DNA from: Vitrella brassicaformis CCMP3155
Lineage: Eukaryota; Protista; Chromerida
Direction of reading: 5' to 3'
Length of the DNA: 64,000 nucleotides
Assembly: GCA_001179505.1 (NCBI GenBank)
Contig: CDMY01000390.1
Coordinates: 25,342-89,341 of the forward strand
Under the pieces are notes generated by a model. The model had not been told where the DNA came from, did not search any database, and saw nothing but the letters and a program-made list of their open reading frames with translations. This document shows, one piece after another, positions 36,950-48,811 of the stretch. Position numbers and translations under genes: made by a program. Position 1 is the first letter of the stretch; every line of letters begins with the position of its first letter.

Positions 36950-39703
36950 ATGGCCCGTCGGCACCCGAACGTGCCACCTGACAGCAGGCAGAAAGGACAA
37001 CTGTGCAAACACAAACATGCCCTCGGGGCTCACCCGTTTAGCATTTTGCAGCATGGGGACATTGCTGCTCCCCGCCACCGCCATTGGCTGGGGGTGGATG
37101 AGGGGCGTGATAGGAAACATACCTCCCACAGCAGGCGGATGCCCACCCAGCACCTGCACCAACCAAGCGAAATCAACGAGGCAAGGTGGCCACAGTTCAT
37201 TGCACCATCCATTGCCCCCCCTTGCTGCCCTCGCAGACCCACCGGGAACAGGTGGGGAATGGGCACGATGGCGGGCGCCGGTGGGGACGACACAGCCTGA
37301 CACGCAGACACGTACACACGTGCATCGCAGATGGATGGCATGGATTGGGGCGAGAGCATTGCATTCATCATCCTGTCCTGTCTCCCTTGTTTGTTGTCTG
37401 TCTGCTCACGTTGGCGTATGCCTCTGTGTATGCCTTGTGGGCTATGAGCATGCGATGGGCCGCCTCACGCAAGCGGGAACCTGACACACACAACACATCA
37501 ACACACAGAAAGAAGACAGGGCAGGAGAGTGACCCACAGAACGCACCCGATGCCGCCGCGCCGCGCGGGGCACTAATAGAACAAAAGGCTGGCTACTCTT
37601 CTGCTGGTTGCACACTAACACATGCGTCTACATGGGTATGCCGTCAACCGACCGTCAGCAAGTGGAGAGAAGCGGGATTCATCATTTCGCTTCAGGGCCG
37701 TGTCGGGCTGTTCATATCACACCAATACCAATACTCATGAGCAGCAATCGATGGATGGATGGATGGATGGCACGGCGAGGTAGCCATCAGCAGCAGAACA
37801 GTACTAGCGGCAAAGGGCGAGCGATCGCTCCCTCGAACCTCATTCATTGGGCACCGCCTGTCTGCCTGGCACGTGTGTGTTGTGCAGGGTGTGCGTGTGT
37901 GCATACCTTGAAGTAGCCCTGCACGGACCATCTGAGCATGTCAAGACTCGTGAACGGCCCTTGTTGCTGACACACACAGAGAGACAGACACACAGGGTGG
38001 ATGAATGGATGGATGGATAGGTCTTCCCTCCCTCCCTCTGTGTGTGTGTTCACCTGTCCTTGGAGATCCACATACTGCCAATCGTGAGCATAAGCACATG
38101 TAGACGAAGACTGAATGACCCAGACAGACAGAAGAGCACATTCACACAGGGTCGGTCCATCGACCAATGGTATGGTTGTGCCCTCTCTCCACTCACTCCG
38201 CATCTCTCACCAGATATTCCGGAGGCAGCATACTCAACTCCTCAATCAACTTCACACACACACACACACACACGAGACATTGGACCGGCGCCTCACCTCC
38301 CGTGCTTCCCCAGCCTTTATCACCTTTGCCGCATCCGGTGCCCCGACAGTAGCCACTCCCGGCTGCTGATGTTGCTGTTGCGGTGCCGCTAGAGGCATCC
38401 CTGCTGCTGCTCCCAATGGCTGTGGCGGCTGGACAATCGCAGGCACAGCGGGGGATGGAGCCACCGCAACGCTAGGCGGGGATACCGTCGTCGTGAGTGG
38501 TGACGAAGACGACACCGGCTGCTCACTGCGGCAATGGCGATCCCCGCCCTCGCTCTCACCCTTGCCGAACTCCCCCAGACCGAAGCGCAGGTCCATTGGC
38601 CTCACCGGATGCGCACCTGACGACCCATGCCATGGCTGACCCCCTCGCGACTCATGCCATGGGGGGATCTTCCTCGGCCCATTGTCTGGCGAGAGAGAGC
38701 GGTGCCTCACATAGCGGGGATGGCCAGTGTCACGGGGCCCGTCGACAAATGGGAGGTCGTCATCGTATCTGCGGATGGGCGGAGGCCGCCAGTCGTATGG
38801 ACGGGGTGGTGGCCGGAAGTCTCTGCCGATGTCGTCATAGCTGTCGAAGGGGTGATGTGGGTGTGGGTGTGGCGGGGGCATGCGTGGGGGGTAGCCGTCT
38901 GGCGGGGGGCCATAGTCAAGCATGATGGGGGGAGGGGGAGCAAAGGGCCGCCTTTTGCGCGGCGGCCCTTCGCGTGGTAGCCCGACATCGTCCTGCATGC
39001 GCACACAGAAATGGAAGGCAAAGGACAAGACAGATGTTTTGTGACGTGTCTGTGATGTCTGTGATGTCTGCAATGCATGCATAAGTGCCCCAAGAAAATA
39101 TACATGAGTCTCAGGCTTCTGGTACTGACTGGTAGCTAATCACGACCACTCTAGATGCAGCCACTCAGACAAACGAGGTTCTGTCTTCAATCATCCCCAA
39201 CTCTACCCGTCCTTCCACGCACTCTCTCCCATCCCACCCACCCACTTCGCCAATGGCTCACCCGCGGTCTGTCCTCGTCTCTCCTGCCCCGCCGACGCGA
39301 CTCCCGTCGGCTTCCCGACGACATTGAGCAGGGCAGCTCGGGATGTGGCGGCCCTCGTGGTGGAAATGACGGCCGAATGTCGTCGGGGAAGTTGTCCCAG
39401 TGGATGGGAGGGCCACGCGTGAACGGTGGGCGCGGGAAGAGGCGGTCATCCGGGAGCTGATTGATCACAGCGCCAGATAACACGAGGCAGATTGAGACAG
39501 TCAGTGATTGTTGCTGACCCTCGCTTCTGCAAATGGCGGCCCTGGACGCCAGTCGGGAGAGAGGGAACGCCGGCCTCTCTCATCTGCATCAACAGGCACA
39601 GGCACAGGATCTTGTTGGTGTTGTGCTGTGTGTGAATGTGGCTCGGTGACCTTCCCTTACAGAATGGAGGTGGACCCATACGCCCATCCCGAGGAAACGA
39701 CAT
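36950..39703 (-). CDS. GYF-domain protein with Pro/Arg/Asp-rich N-terminal region
   Basis: Spliced GYF domain WQYVDLQGQ (exon 38110-38054) | QQGPFTSLDMLRWSVQGYFK (37966-37907) | PDTALKRNDESRFSPLAD (from 37707). Further in-frame exons SRLREAAHRM..YAN | AVSSPPAPAIVP. Both ends approximate. Confidence 0.75.
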
Positions 39704-41065
39704 CGTTCACGCGAGCCTGAGCACGTGCGAGGTCGTGGCCGTCGGTCGCTCCTTCTCTTCAGAGGTGCCTGGGTTTCTGTTTATGGCCTCCTGTTGGCCG
39801 AAAACGAAATAAATGCGGCGAGAAACTTTCGCGAGCTGAGACAAACCCCTGATTTGAACTCGCAGTCTTTTCACATTTTTTCGTCCGCGTTTGGCTTTGC
39901 AGCCTTGTTTCGTCCACATCTCCTGCGTATCTTTTTCTTTTCGGCTGGTTGTTGGCTTGTGTTGTCCGCCGCATCTCCCTCTACCCCTCCCAACTCGTCC
40001 GGATCCATCCGCCGCTTTTTCCTCCACGGCCGTGCCCCGGGCGAGGGCTCGCCTGGTGGTGCCGTTCCTTGTGCGGAGCGGCTGGCGACTGCCTGGCGCC
40101 TGCAGAGTGCGCACGCGCCTTCTTTTCGCACAAACCGCCTTCGTCAGGTGAATACATATGAGTGTGGCATCGTGCGTCCTGTCTCTCGGGTGTGGTGATG
40201 GTGTGGTGTGTGGATGATGTACAGGGATGAATGCATGGTGCATTTCGTTGTCATAAGTGTGCTCAGATGCCCCCTGTTGCCATGTCTGTGTGTGCAGATG
40301 AAGTGGTCATTTCTTTCATTCCCGTCTCCTTTTCTCAACACATTTCTGTGAAGGTTAGCGAGTGCCTCATTGAGATTGGTGTTCACGTGCGCGTCGGATT
40401 CCCTGTCTGCTGCTCTCCACAAACGAGATCCCTTGGTCCGACGAAATAAAAAGAGACAGATTGAAAATTTATCCAATTCATCTTTGTGTCTTGCAGCCCG
40501 CCGAGAAGTTTTCACGACGACGGCAACCTCCTGACCAACGAGGAGACCTGCGAATGGAAGCCACAAAGATAGTAGCGTGCGCGTGCGCTGCCAAAAACTC
40601 AGAATGCTCACTGCTTTGACCAGCAAAAAAATAAGCTGTGTCTTCTGAGCAGGCCAGTCGCCTCATGCGCCGCCACCAAGGGCTCTCTCTATATATCGTG
40701 ACGAACACTCGACATCTGTCCTTTTTGCCTTCTCTTTCAGCTCAGCGTGAGAAGTCTGGCGGCCGAGAAACCGGCATCGACAAAAAGATTGTTTCACGCC
40801 GAAGGAGTGGGCACTGCTGTTCGCACGGGTTCGCGCGCAGGTAAGTGATGGAGCGACTGACGAATGAGACTGACAGTGACCGCCGTGCCCATCTAATTGT
40901 TTGTGCAGAACGAGTCGGAAGAGGCCAGGCGTCGCGTCGCTGCGTCAAAAGCCGCCCAGAAGTTGCACGCGGCCAAGCTGTGGGAGATGAAGGCGAGGAT
41001 GGATGCCGGCGAGCAGGTGGATGCGGTCGCCTGGCTGTTGGAAAAGTGAAATCGAGGCAGTTCCC

Positions 41066-42502
41066 ATGATTGTCTCACACGCCGACGCCCTGAAGGCCCT
41101 GGGCCTGCAGACCTCCGCCACCCTCGCCGACGTCAAGACCCGGTTCCACGAGCGCTGCCTGGTAAGCGCACTCGCGAGTGGGGAAGGTCATGTTGATGGC
41201 AGATGCCCATTCGATGCACTTTTGCACTGGTGTGTGTGCAGAAGTGCCACCCCGATAAGGCTGGCTCTTCGGCAGCGTTGCGGAAGCTGCACGAGGCGTA
41301 CAAGGTCGCCTGCGCCACCCTCGTTAGCGGCACTGTGGCAGCGGTAAGCAGCCGCGAACGACCCCACTGCATGTGCTCTGTAGCAGACGTCTGTCTCATT
41401 GCGTTGTTGTCTGTCTGTCTGTCTGTCTGTCTGCCATCGTCAGGGCCGTCAGAAGGCGTCTTTCACGCCCGATGACTTAGACCGGCTTCGCGAACAGGTA
41501 AGTGATGGACCGACTCACGAATGAGACAGACAGACAGACAGTGAGTGACCGCCGTACCCGTCCTATTGCTTACATGTGCAGAGGGACGAGGCCAGCCGAA
41601 TCGCCGCCTCCTCACAAGCGGCATCGAAGGCGTGGCTCGCCAAGTTGCAAGAGGTGTGGGCGAGGGAGGCTGCTGGCGAGGAGGTGGATGAGGAGGCCTT
41701 TGTGGAGGAGGCCCGACGGGCGCCCAGGGCGGCAGCAGAGGAGGCCAAACGCAACTTTGACAAGGCCACCGCTGCCCGCCCCACCGAGGAGGAGCCCGCC
41801 GCCGCCAAGAAGGACATCCCCCCCGCCACGCGCACACGAGGCGCCAACCCACACACGGCCCCCGCCCAGCCACCACCGACCATGGCCACCACCACCAAGA
41901 GCGCCGCCACCGCCGCCAAGAAGCCGCCCGCCAAGCCCACCAAGGCAGTCGCCCAGCCACCGCCCACCAAGGCCACCAAACGCCCTGCCGCAGCCGCCAT
42001 GCAGAGACCTGCCCCCACGGTCCCCGCGGCAGCAACCAGGGTGTCGAAGCGGCAGCTGCAGCACCAGCAGGAGGCCAGGGCGAGGCGGCAGGAGTTGGAG
42101 AAGAGGAGCGAGGAGGCGGTCAAGCACCGCTTCCGCGTGTGAGTGGCTGGGTTGCGCGCGTCTGACGTGTTAGAGGAGAGACACCAGCTCTCCTCGGCTG
42201 TTGGCATGCTGTGTGTGTGTGCAGTATCGCTGCTTACATTTTATATTCCGATGTCTGTGTTGTTGGTTCCCTCGTCCAGTGCTCACCCTGAGCTCTCCCT
42301 TGTAAGTGTGTGGTCGAATGAGAGAAGAGGGTTCGTGCTGGCGGGCAATGACAGGATGTTGATTCGATACACTGCATGCGAGCTGTGTGTGTGTGTGCAG
42401 AAGTGCCACCCCGATAAGGGCGCGTCCGCGGCATCGTTCCAGCAGCTGCACGAGGCGTATGAAGTGGCCTGCGAGTACCTGGCTGAAGCCAGTGTGGCAA
42501 GG
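41066..42502 (+). CDS. DnaJ (J-domain) protein: J domain + helical/Ala-Pro-Thr-Lys linker + second HPD module
   Basis: MIVSHADALKALGLQTSATLADVKTRFHERCL|KCHPDKAGSSAALRKLHEAYKVA is a canonical J-domain pattern with intact HPD. GT-AG exons 41066-41161, 41242-41343, 41444-41497, 41581-~42136, then KCHPDKGASAASFQQLHEAYEVA (42400-42502). The last junction is uncertain. Confidence 0.65.
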
Positions 42503-42649
42503 GTAAGCAGCCGCGAACGAACCCACTGCACGTGCTCGTCTGGCAGACGTCTGTCTAACTCTGTGCTGTTGTGAGTTATCTCAGGTTCGAGTGAGTTTCA
42601 CGTCCGACTCCCTGTGCGCGCGACCCGCCGCCAAACCCATGCCCGTCTC

Positions 42650-43370
42650 ACACCGACGCCCTCTCTGTGCTGGGCCTCCGCACTGCTGCCACTGCTGCTG
42701 ACATCAAAACACGGTACCGCGAGCGCTGCCTGGTAAGCGGACTCGCGAGTGAGGGGGCAGATGCCCATTCGATGCACTTTTGCACTGCTGTGTGTGCAGA
42801 AGTGCCACCCCGATAAGGATGGCTCTTCGGCAGCGTTCCAGCAGCTGCGCGAGGCGTACAAGGTCGCCTGCGCCACCCTCGTTAGCGGCACTGTGGAAGG
42901 GGTGAGCAGCCGCGAACGAACTCACTGCATGTGCTCTGTAGCAGACGTCTGTCTGTCTGTCTGTCTGTCTGTCATCGTCAGGGCCGTCAGAAGACCTTCA
43001 TCACGCCCGATGACTTAGACCGGCTTCGCGCACAGGTAAGTGATGGACCGACTCACGAATGAGACAGACAGACAGACAGAGAGACAGTGAGTGACCGCCG
43101 TGCCCATCTTCTTACTCACATGTGCAGAGGGACGAGGCCAGCCGAATCGCCGCCGCCTCACAAGCGGCATCGATGGTGTGGCTCGCCAAGTTCCAGGAGA
43201 GGTGGGCGAGGGAAGCTGCCGGCGAGGAGGTGCATAAAGAGACCTGGGGGGAGGAGGCCCGGCTGGCGGCCGAGGCGGCGGCAGAGGAGGCCAAACGGCA
43301 CTTCGACGAGGCCACGACGGCCCACACGACGCACGGCACCACGCCCGCCGACGCTTCCTCTTTTGGGCGT
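42650..43370 (+). pseudogene. Second J-domain unit (J1-J2-L-H), possibly incomplete
   Basis: DALSVLGLRTAATAADIKTRYRERCL|KCHPDKDGSSAAFQQLREAYKVA|GRQKTFITPDDLDRLRAQ|RDEASRIAA..; no clear start codon. Confidence 0.6.
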
Positions 43371-46360
43371 CACTGTACAGCACAGCATAGCATACGGTAA
43401 GGGTAGGGGAGCAGGTCATATGCAGCATTGAACCATCCCTTCATGTCATCTCTTGCCGTTGGCTGTCCTTCCTCCACTCAGGCAACGAGTGGAGCCATAG
43501 CGTCAGCTGGCGACACCCATATCACATCCATTGCTTCTGTCAGTCACCGCAGAGGCTGCTGCTGCTCGACCGACCTCAGCAACATCATCTCCACCTACCC
43601 TCTCCCGCACCCGCAACTCCATCTGGACAGCAGTTCGACCCGCAGACGCATCTCGCTCAGCGCCCCACGGGCCCTCCACCCCGCCGCCGACACTCAAGCG
43701 CCCTGCCGCAGCTGCCAAGCAGAGACCTGCCCCCACGGTCCCCGCGGCAGCAACCAGGGTGTCGAAGCGGCAGCACCAGCAGGAGGNNNNNNNNNNNNNN
43801 NNNNNNNNNNNNNNNNNNNNNNNNNNNNNNNNNNNNNNNNNNNNNNNNNNNNNNNNNNNNNNNNNNNNNNNNNNNNNNNNNNNNNNNNNNNNNNNNNNNN
43901 NNNNNNNNNNNNNNNNNNNNNNNNNNNNNNNNNNNNNNNNNNNNNNNNNNNNNNNNNNNNNNNNNNNNNNNNNNNNNNNNNNNNNNNNNNNNNNNNNNNN
44001 NNNNNNNNNNNNNNNNNNNNNNNNNNNNNNNNNNNNNNNNNNNNNNNNNNNNNNNNNNNNNNNNNNNNNNNNNNNNNNNNNNNNNNGTGTGCAGATGAAG
44101 TGGTGATTTCTTTCTTTCTCATTCCTGTCTCCTTTTCTCAACACATTTCTGTGAAGAATAGCGAGTGCCTCATTGAGATTGGTGTTCACGTGCGCGTCGG
44201 ATTCCCTGTCTGCTGCTCTCCACAAACGAGATCCCTTGGTCCGACGAAAAAAAGCGAGAAAAAAGAGACAGATTGAAAATTTATCCAATTCATCTTTGTG
44301 TCTTGAGCAGGCCGAGAAGTTTTCACGACGACGACAACCTCCTGACCAACGAGGAGACCTGCGTATGGAAGCCACAAAGATAGTAGCGTGCACACGTGCA
44401 CTGTCAAAAACTCAGAATGCTCACTGCTTTGATCAGCGGAAAAATAAGCTGTGTCTTCTGAGTAGGCAAGTCGCCTCATGCGCCGCCACCAAGGGCTCTC
44501 TCTATATATCGTGACGAACACTCGACATCTGTCCTTTTTGCCTTCTCTTTCAGCTCAGCGAGAGAGGTCCTTCCCTTTCCCGGCATCGGCAGAAATATTT
44601 TTTCACGCCCGAGGAGTGGGCACTGCTGTTAGCACGGGTTCGCGCGCAGGTAAGTGATGGACCAACTGACAAATGAGACAGACAGTGACCGCTGTGCCCA
44701 TCTAATTGCTTGTGCAGAGCGAGTCGGAAGAGGCGCCGCCGCCTCACAAGCGGCATCGATGGCGTGGCTCGCCAAGTTCCAAGAGATGTGGGCGAGGGAA
44801 GCTGCCGGTGAGGAGGTGGACAAGGATGCGTGGCTGAAGGAGGCCCATCGGGCGGCCAGGGCGGCAGCAGAGGAGGCCAAACGGAACTTCGACAAGACCA
44901 CCAAGGCGAACACGAAAGGCGCCAACAGCAAGGACGACACCCCCACTGCCCGCCCCACCAAGGAGGAGCCCACCCCGGCACTCGCCCTGCTTCCGCCGCC
45001 GCCAAGCAGAGACCTGCCCCCACGGTCCCCAAAGCAGCAACCAGGGTGTCGGAGCGGCAGCAGCAGCACCAGCAGGAGGCGAAGGCGAGGCGGCAGGAGC
45101 TCGAGAAGAGGAGCGAGGAGGCGGCCAAGCACCGCTTCCGAGTCTGAGTGGCTGTGTCCGGCAGCGGTGCGCGTGTCTGACCGCGCGCCGCTGCCCGACA
45201 CATCCCTGCCCCCATCCCCATGCTGCCCGTGGTCTGTCCGTGGTCGTCCATTCGTGTGTCCGTTCGGTGTGGTAGTTCGTGTTTCCCCGGTGGGTGTGGG
45301 TGTGGCGACGTGCTCTTCAGCCATGGCAGGCCTCTCGACGTCACCCACACCACAAGACGTCACCATTTACCCAGTGGCCTTCCAAGACGGCCGGTCCAGC
45401 GAGAACAACACCATCATCCGGGTCAACCACTCGGTGTGGTCATTCGACCTGCTGGTGCACAGGACATGCGCTTCACTGTGGGAGGGGTAAGCAGCCGCGA
45501 ACGACCCCACTGCATGTGCTCTGTAGCAGACGTCTGTCTGTCTGTCTGTCTGTCATCGTCAGGGCCGTCAGAAGGCGTTTTTCACGCCCGATGACTTAGA
45601 CCGGCTTCGCGAACAGGTAAGTGATGGACCGACTCACGAATGAGACAGACAGACAGACAGTGAGTGACCGCCGTGCCCATCTTTTTACTCACATGTGCAG
45701 AGGGACGAGGCCAGCCGAATCGCCGCCGCCTCACAAGCGGCATCGATGGTGTGGCTCGCCAAGTTCCAGGAGAGGTGGGCGAGGGAAGCTGCGGGAGAGG
45801 AGGTGGATAAAGAGACCTGGGGGGAGGAGGCCCGGCTGGCGGCCGAGGCGGCGGCAGAGGAGGCCAAACGGCACTTCGACGAGGCCACGACGGCCCACAC
45901 GACGCACGGCACCACGCCCGCCGACGCTTCCTCTTTTGGGCGTCACTGTACAGCACAGCATAGCATACGGTAAGGGTAGGGGAGCAGGTCATATGCAGCA
46001 TTGAACCATCCCTTCATGTCATCTCTTGCCGTTGGCTGTCCTTCCTCCACTCAGGCAACGAGTGGAGCCATAGCGTCAGCTGGCGACACCCATATCACAT
46101 CCATTGCTTCTGTCAGTCACCGCAGAGGCTGCTGCTGCTCGACCGACCTCAGCAACATCATCTCCACCTACCCTCTCCCGCACCCGCAACTCCATCTGGA
46201 CAGCAGTTCGACCCGCAGACGCATCTCGCTCAGCGCCCCACGGGCCCTCCACCCCGCCGCCGACACTCAAGCGCCCTGCCGCAGCTGCCAAGCAGAGACC
46301 TGCCCCCACGGTCCCCGCGGCAGCAACCAGGGTGTCGAAGCGGCAGCACCAGCAGGAGGC
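42895..46360 (+). repeat. Near-identical direct repeat, ~42895-43786 and ~45480-46360
   Basis: Long stretches are identical with few substitutions (e.g. EVHKETW vs EVDKETW). The first copy is cut by the gap. Confidence 0.9.
43787..44086. other. Assembly gap (300 N) inside the repeat array
   Basis: N run. Confidence 0.95.
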
Positions 46361-48265
46361 GAAGGCGAGGCGGTAGGAGTTAGAGGAGAGGAGCGAGAAG
46401 GCGGCCAAGCACCGCTTCCGCGTGTGAGTGGTCCGTGTCCGTCAGCGATCTGGGCAGAAGAGAGACACCAGCTCTCCTCGGCTGTTGGCTTGCTGCGTGT
46501 GTGCAGTATCGCTGCTTACATTTTATATTTTGACGGCTGTGTTGTTGGTTCCCTCGTCCAGTGCTCACTCTGAGCTCTCCCTTGTAAGTGTGCGGTCGAA
46601 TGAGAGCAATTTGAATGAGAGAAGAGGCTTCGTGCTGGCGGGCAATGACAGGATGTTGATTCGATACATTGCATGCGAGCTGTGTGTGTGTGTGCAGAAG
46701 TGCCACCCCGATAAGGTCGCGTCCGCCGCGGCGTTCCAGCAGCTTCGCGAGGCCTATGAGGTGGCCTACGAGTACGTGGCGAAAGCCACTGTGGCAGCGG
46801 TAAGCAGCCGCGAACGAACCCACTGCATGTGCTCGTCTGGCAGACAACTGTCTCACTCTGTGCTGTTGTGACAACTTGTGAGTTATCTCAGGCCAGAGTG
46901 AGATTCATCTCCGATGAGTGGAACCGACTCATCGTCACGGTGAGTAGCGGACCGACTGACGAATGAGACAGACAGACAGACAGACAGTGAGTGACCGCCG
47001 TGCCCATCTTATTAATTGTGCAGTCGGTCTACCCCTGTCTGTCTGTCGGTCTTTTTAGCTCAACGACAGGCTCGCCCGCCGCACCAAGGAGCTGGCCATG
47101 CAGTACCAACAGATGACCAACACGGAGCCTCAGGTGGGTGGGTGGGTGGTTGAGTGAGTGTCACACAGACAAATGCGACAAGGGTGGACGGCCTCACTGG
47201 CTCACTCGTGAGTACATCTGTGTGTGTGTGTGAGCGTGTGTGCAGGAGGAGGATGGGGAGGCGGATGATGGGCAGGTGCCCGAGTGGCTTGATGAGCCCC
47301 TCCCACATTACACGTCGCTGCCGGTAGGCAAGGCACCCCACAATCCACACGCCGACGTCTGGCACCCATGTGTGTGTGTTGTGCACATCTTGGTTGTTTC
47401 TACCAGCTGGCCTCCCAGCCGCCGCAGCAGCCCCAAAGCTTCTTTCACTAAGAAGTCGATGCCCGTCCGCCGCGTCCGCCTGTTTGTCCGTCCACTGTTG
47501 CCTGTCCGTCCTCACCTGCGTCTACTCGACTGCATGCCTGCCCGACAACGTGACTCCCCGACTGCTCCAGCCACGCCGCCAGCCGCCCTTCTTCCCTCTG
47601 AGCCCCCTAAGGGTGGCTCTTCGGCGGCGTTTCGAGAGCTGCACGAGGCCTATGAGGTGGCCTGCGCGAGCCTGATTGGCGGCACTGTAGGGGTAAGAAG
47701 CCGCGAACGAACGCACTCCATGTGCTAGTCTCATTGCGTTGTTGTGTGTCTGTCTGTCTGTGTGTCTGTCTGTCATCGTCAGGGCCGTCAGAAGGTGTTC
47801 GTCACGGAGTTAGCACGGGTTCCCGCGCAGGTAAGTGATGGACCAACTGACGAATGAGACAGACAGTGACCGCCGTACCCGTCCTATTGCTAACATGTGC
47901 AGAGGGAAGAGGGCAAGCGAAGGGCAGCGGGGTCGCGAGCTGCGGGTAAGGCCCACTTGGAGAAGCTGCGGGAGATGTGGGCGAGGCAAGATGCGGGTGA
48001 GGAGGTGGATGAGGATTCCTGGCTGGAGGAGGCCTGGCTGGCGGCCGAGGCTGCAGCAGCGGAGGCCGAGCGCAACTTCGACAAGACCACCGCTGCCGCC
48101 ACACCGCTGTCCGTGGTCCGTCCATTCGTGCGTGAGTTCGGTGTTGGAGTTCGTGTTTCCCCGGTGGCTGTGGGTGTGGCTGAGGTGGTTGGGCATTTCC
48201 GGCAGGACCTGACCATGAGCCAGCTGTCGCGTGCGGTGAGGAAGGGGGGTGGGGGGGGGGGGCGT

Positions 48266-48672
48266 GGAGAGACACCAGCTCTCCTTGGCATGCTGCGTGT
48301 GTGCAGCATCGCTGCTTACATTTTATATTCCGATGGCTGTGTTGTGGGTTCCGTCGTGCTCACTTTGATGTGGATTAGGCAGACTGAATGGGTGTTGGGG
48401 GCTGGACGGTTGCATGGTGTCGGTGGCCACGGCCAGGGCATGACTGACGGGCGCTGTGAGGTGCGTGCAGACCGATGACATCTAGATGAATCTCTGTTGG
48501 CCAAGAGAGTCCATTGACGGATAAGTGTATAGTGCACACACGCATAGCATCCGGGGGAGGGGGTCCCCTCACTCACGCAACACTCAAAACAGAACGTGAT
48601 TACACCGAAACACCTTGGCGCCAAAACGACTGAAACGTCAGTCACGCGAAGCTGCTGCCTATCCACACTATG
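48266..48672 (+). repeat. X segment; inverted copy at ~54312-54723 on the other side of BBS7
   Basis: E.g. gatgacatctagatgaatctctgttggcc (48474) is the reverse complement of ggccaacagagattcatctagatgtcatc (~54478); similarity runs ~400 bp. Confidence 0.9.
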
Positions 48673-48811
48673 CTGACGTCCCCCGACCTTGGCTGGGTGA
48701 GTGAAGGCCTTGATGTATGTCTGTCTGTTCTGTCTGTCTATGTACACACACTCATGGAGGCAGTGTGTCGATGCTCTACTCACCTACACATGCGCGCATC
48801 TGTCGGTGTAC

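Larger units (their letters stand above)
39736..48672 (+). repeat. Left arm of DnaJ-module repeat array (modules U, L, H, T, J1, J2, X in shuffled tandem copies)
   Basis: Recurrent blocks: L exon (GRQK..FTP.D..RLREQ) at ~40741, 41444, 42982, 44553, 45562, 47782; H exon (..AASQAAS..WLAK.QE.WAREAAGEEVD..EEAKR.FD) at ~40908, 41581, 43129, 44719, 45700, 47903; HPD exon at 41242, 42400, 42800, 46699 and degenerate ~47605. Confidence 0.9.

Noticed and set aside
39759-40708. Minus-strand ORFs in U (e.g. RKKRRMDPDELGG..)
   Set aside because: Frames differ between copies and the splice signals point to the opposite strand.
40700-48100. CRISPR-like array
   Set aside because: Repeat units are exons and introns of hundreds of bp with irregular spacing; eukaryotic context; no cas genes.
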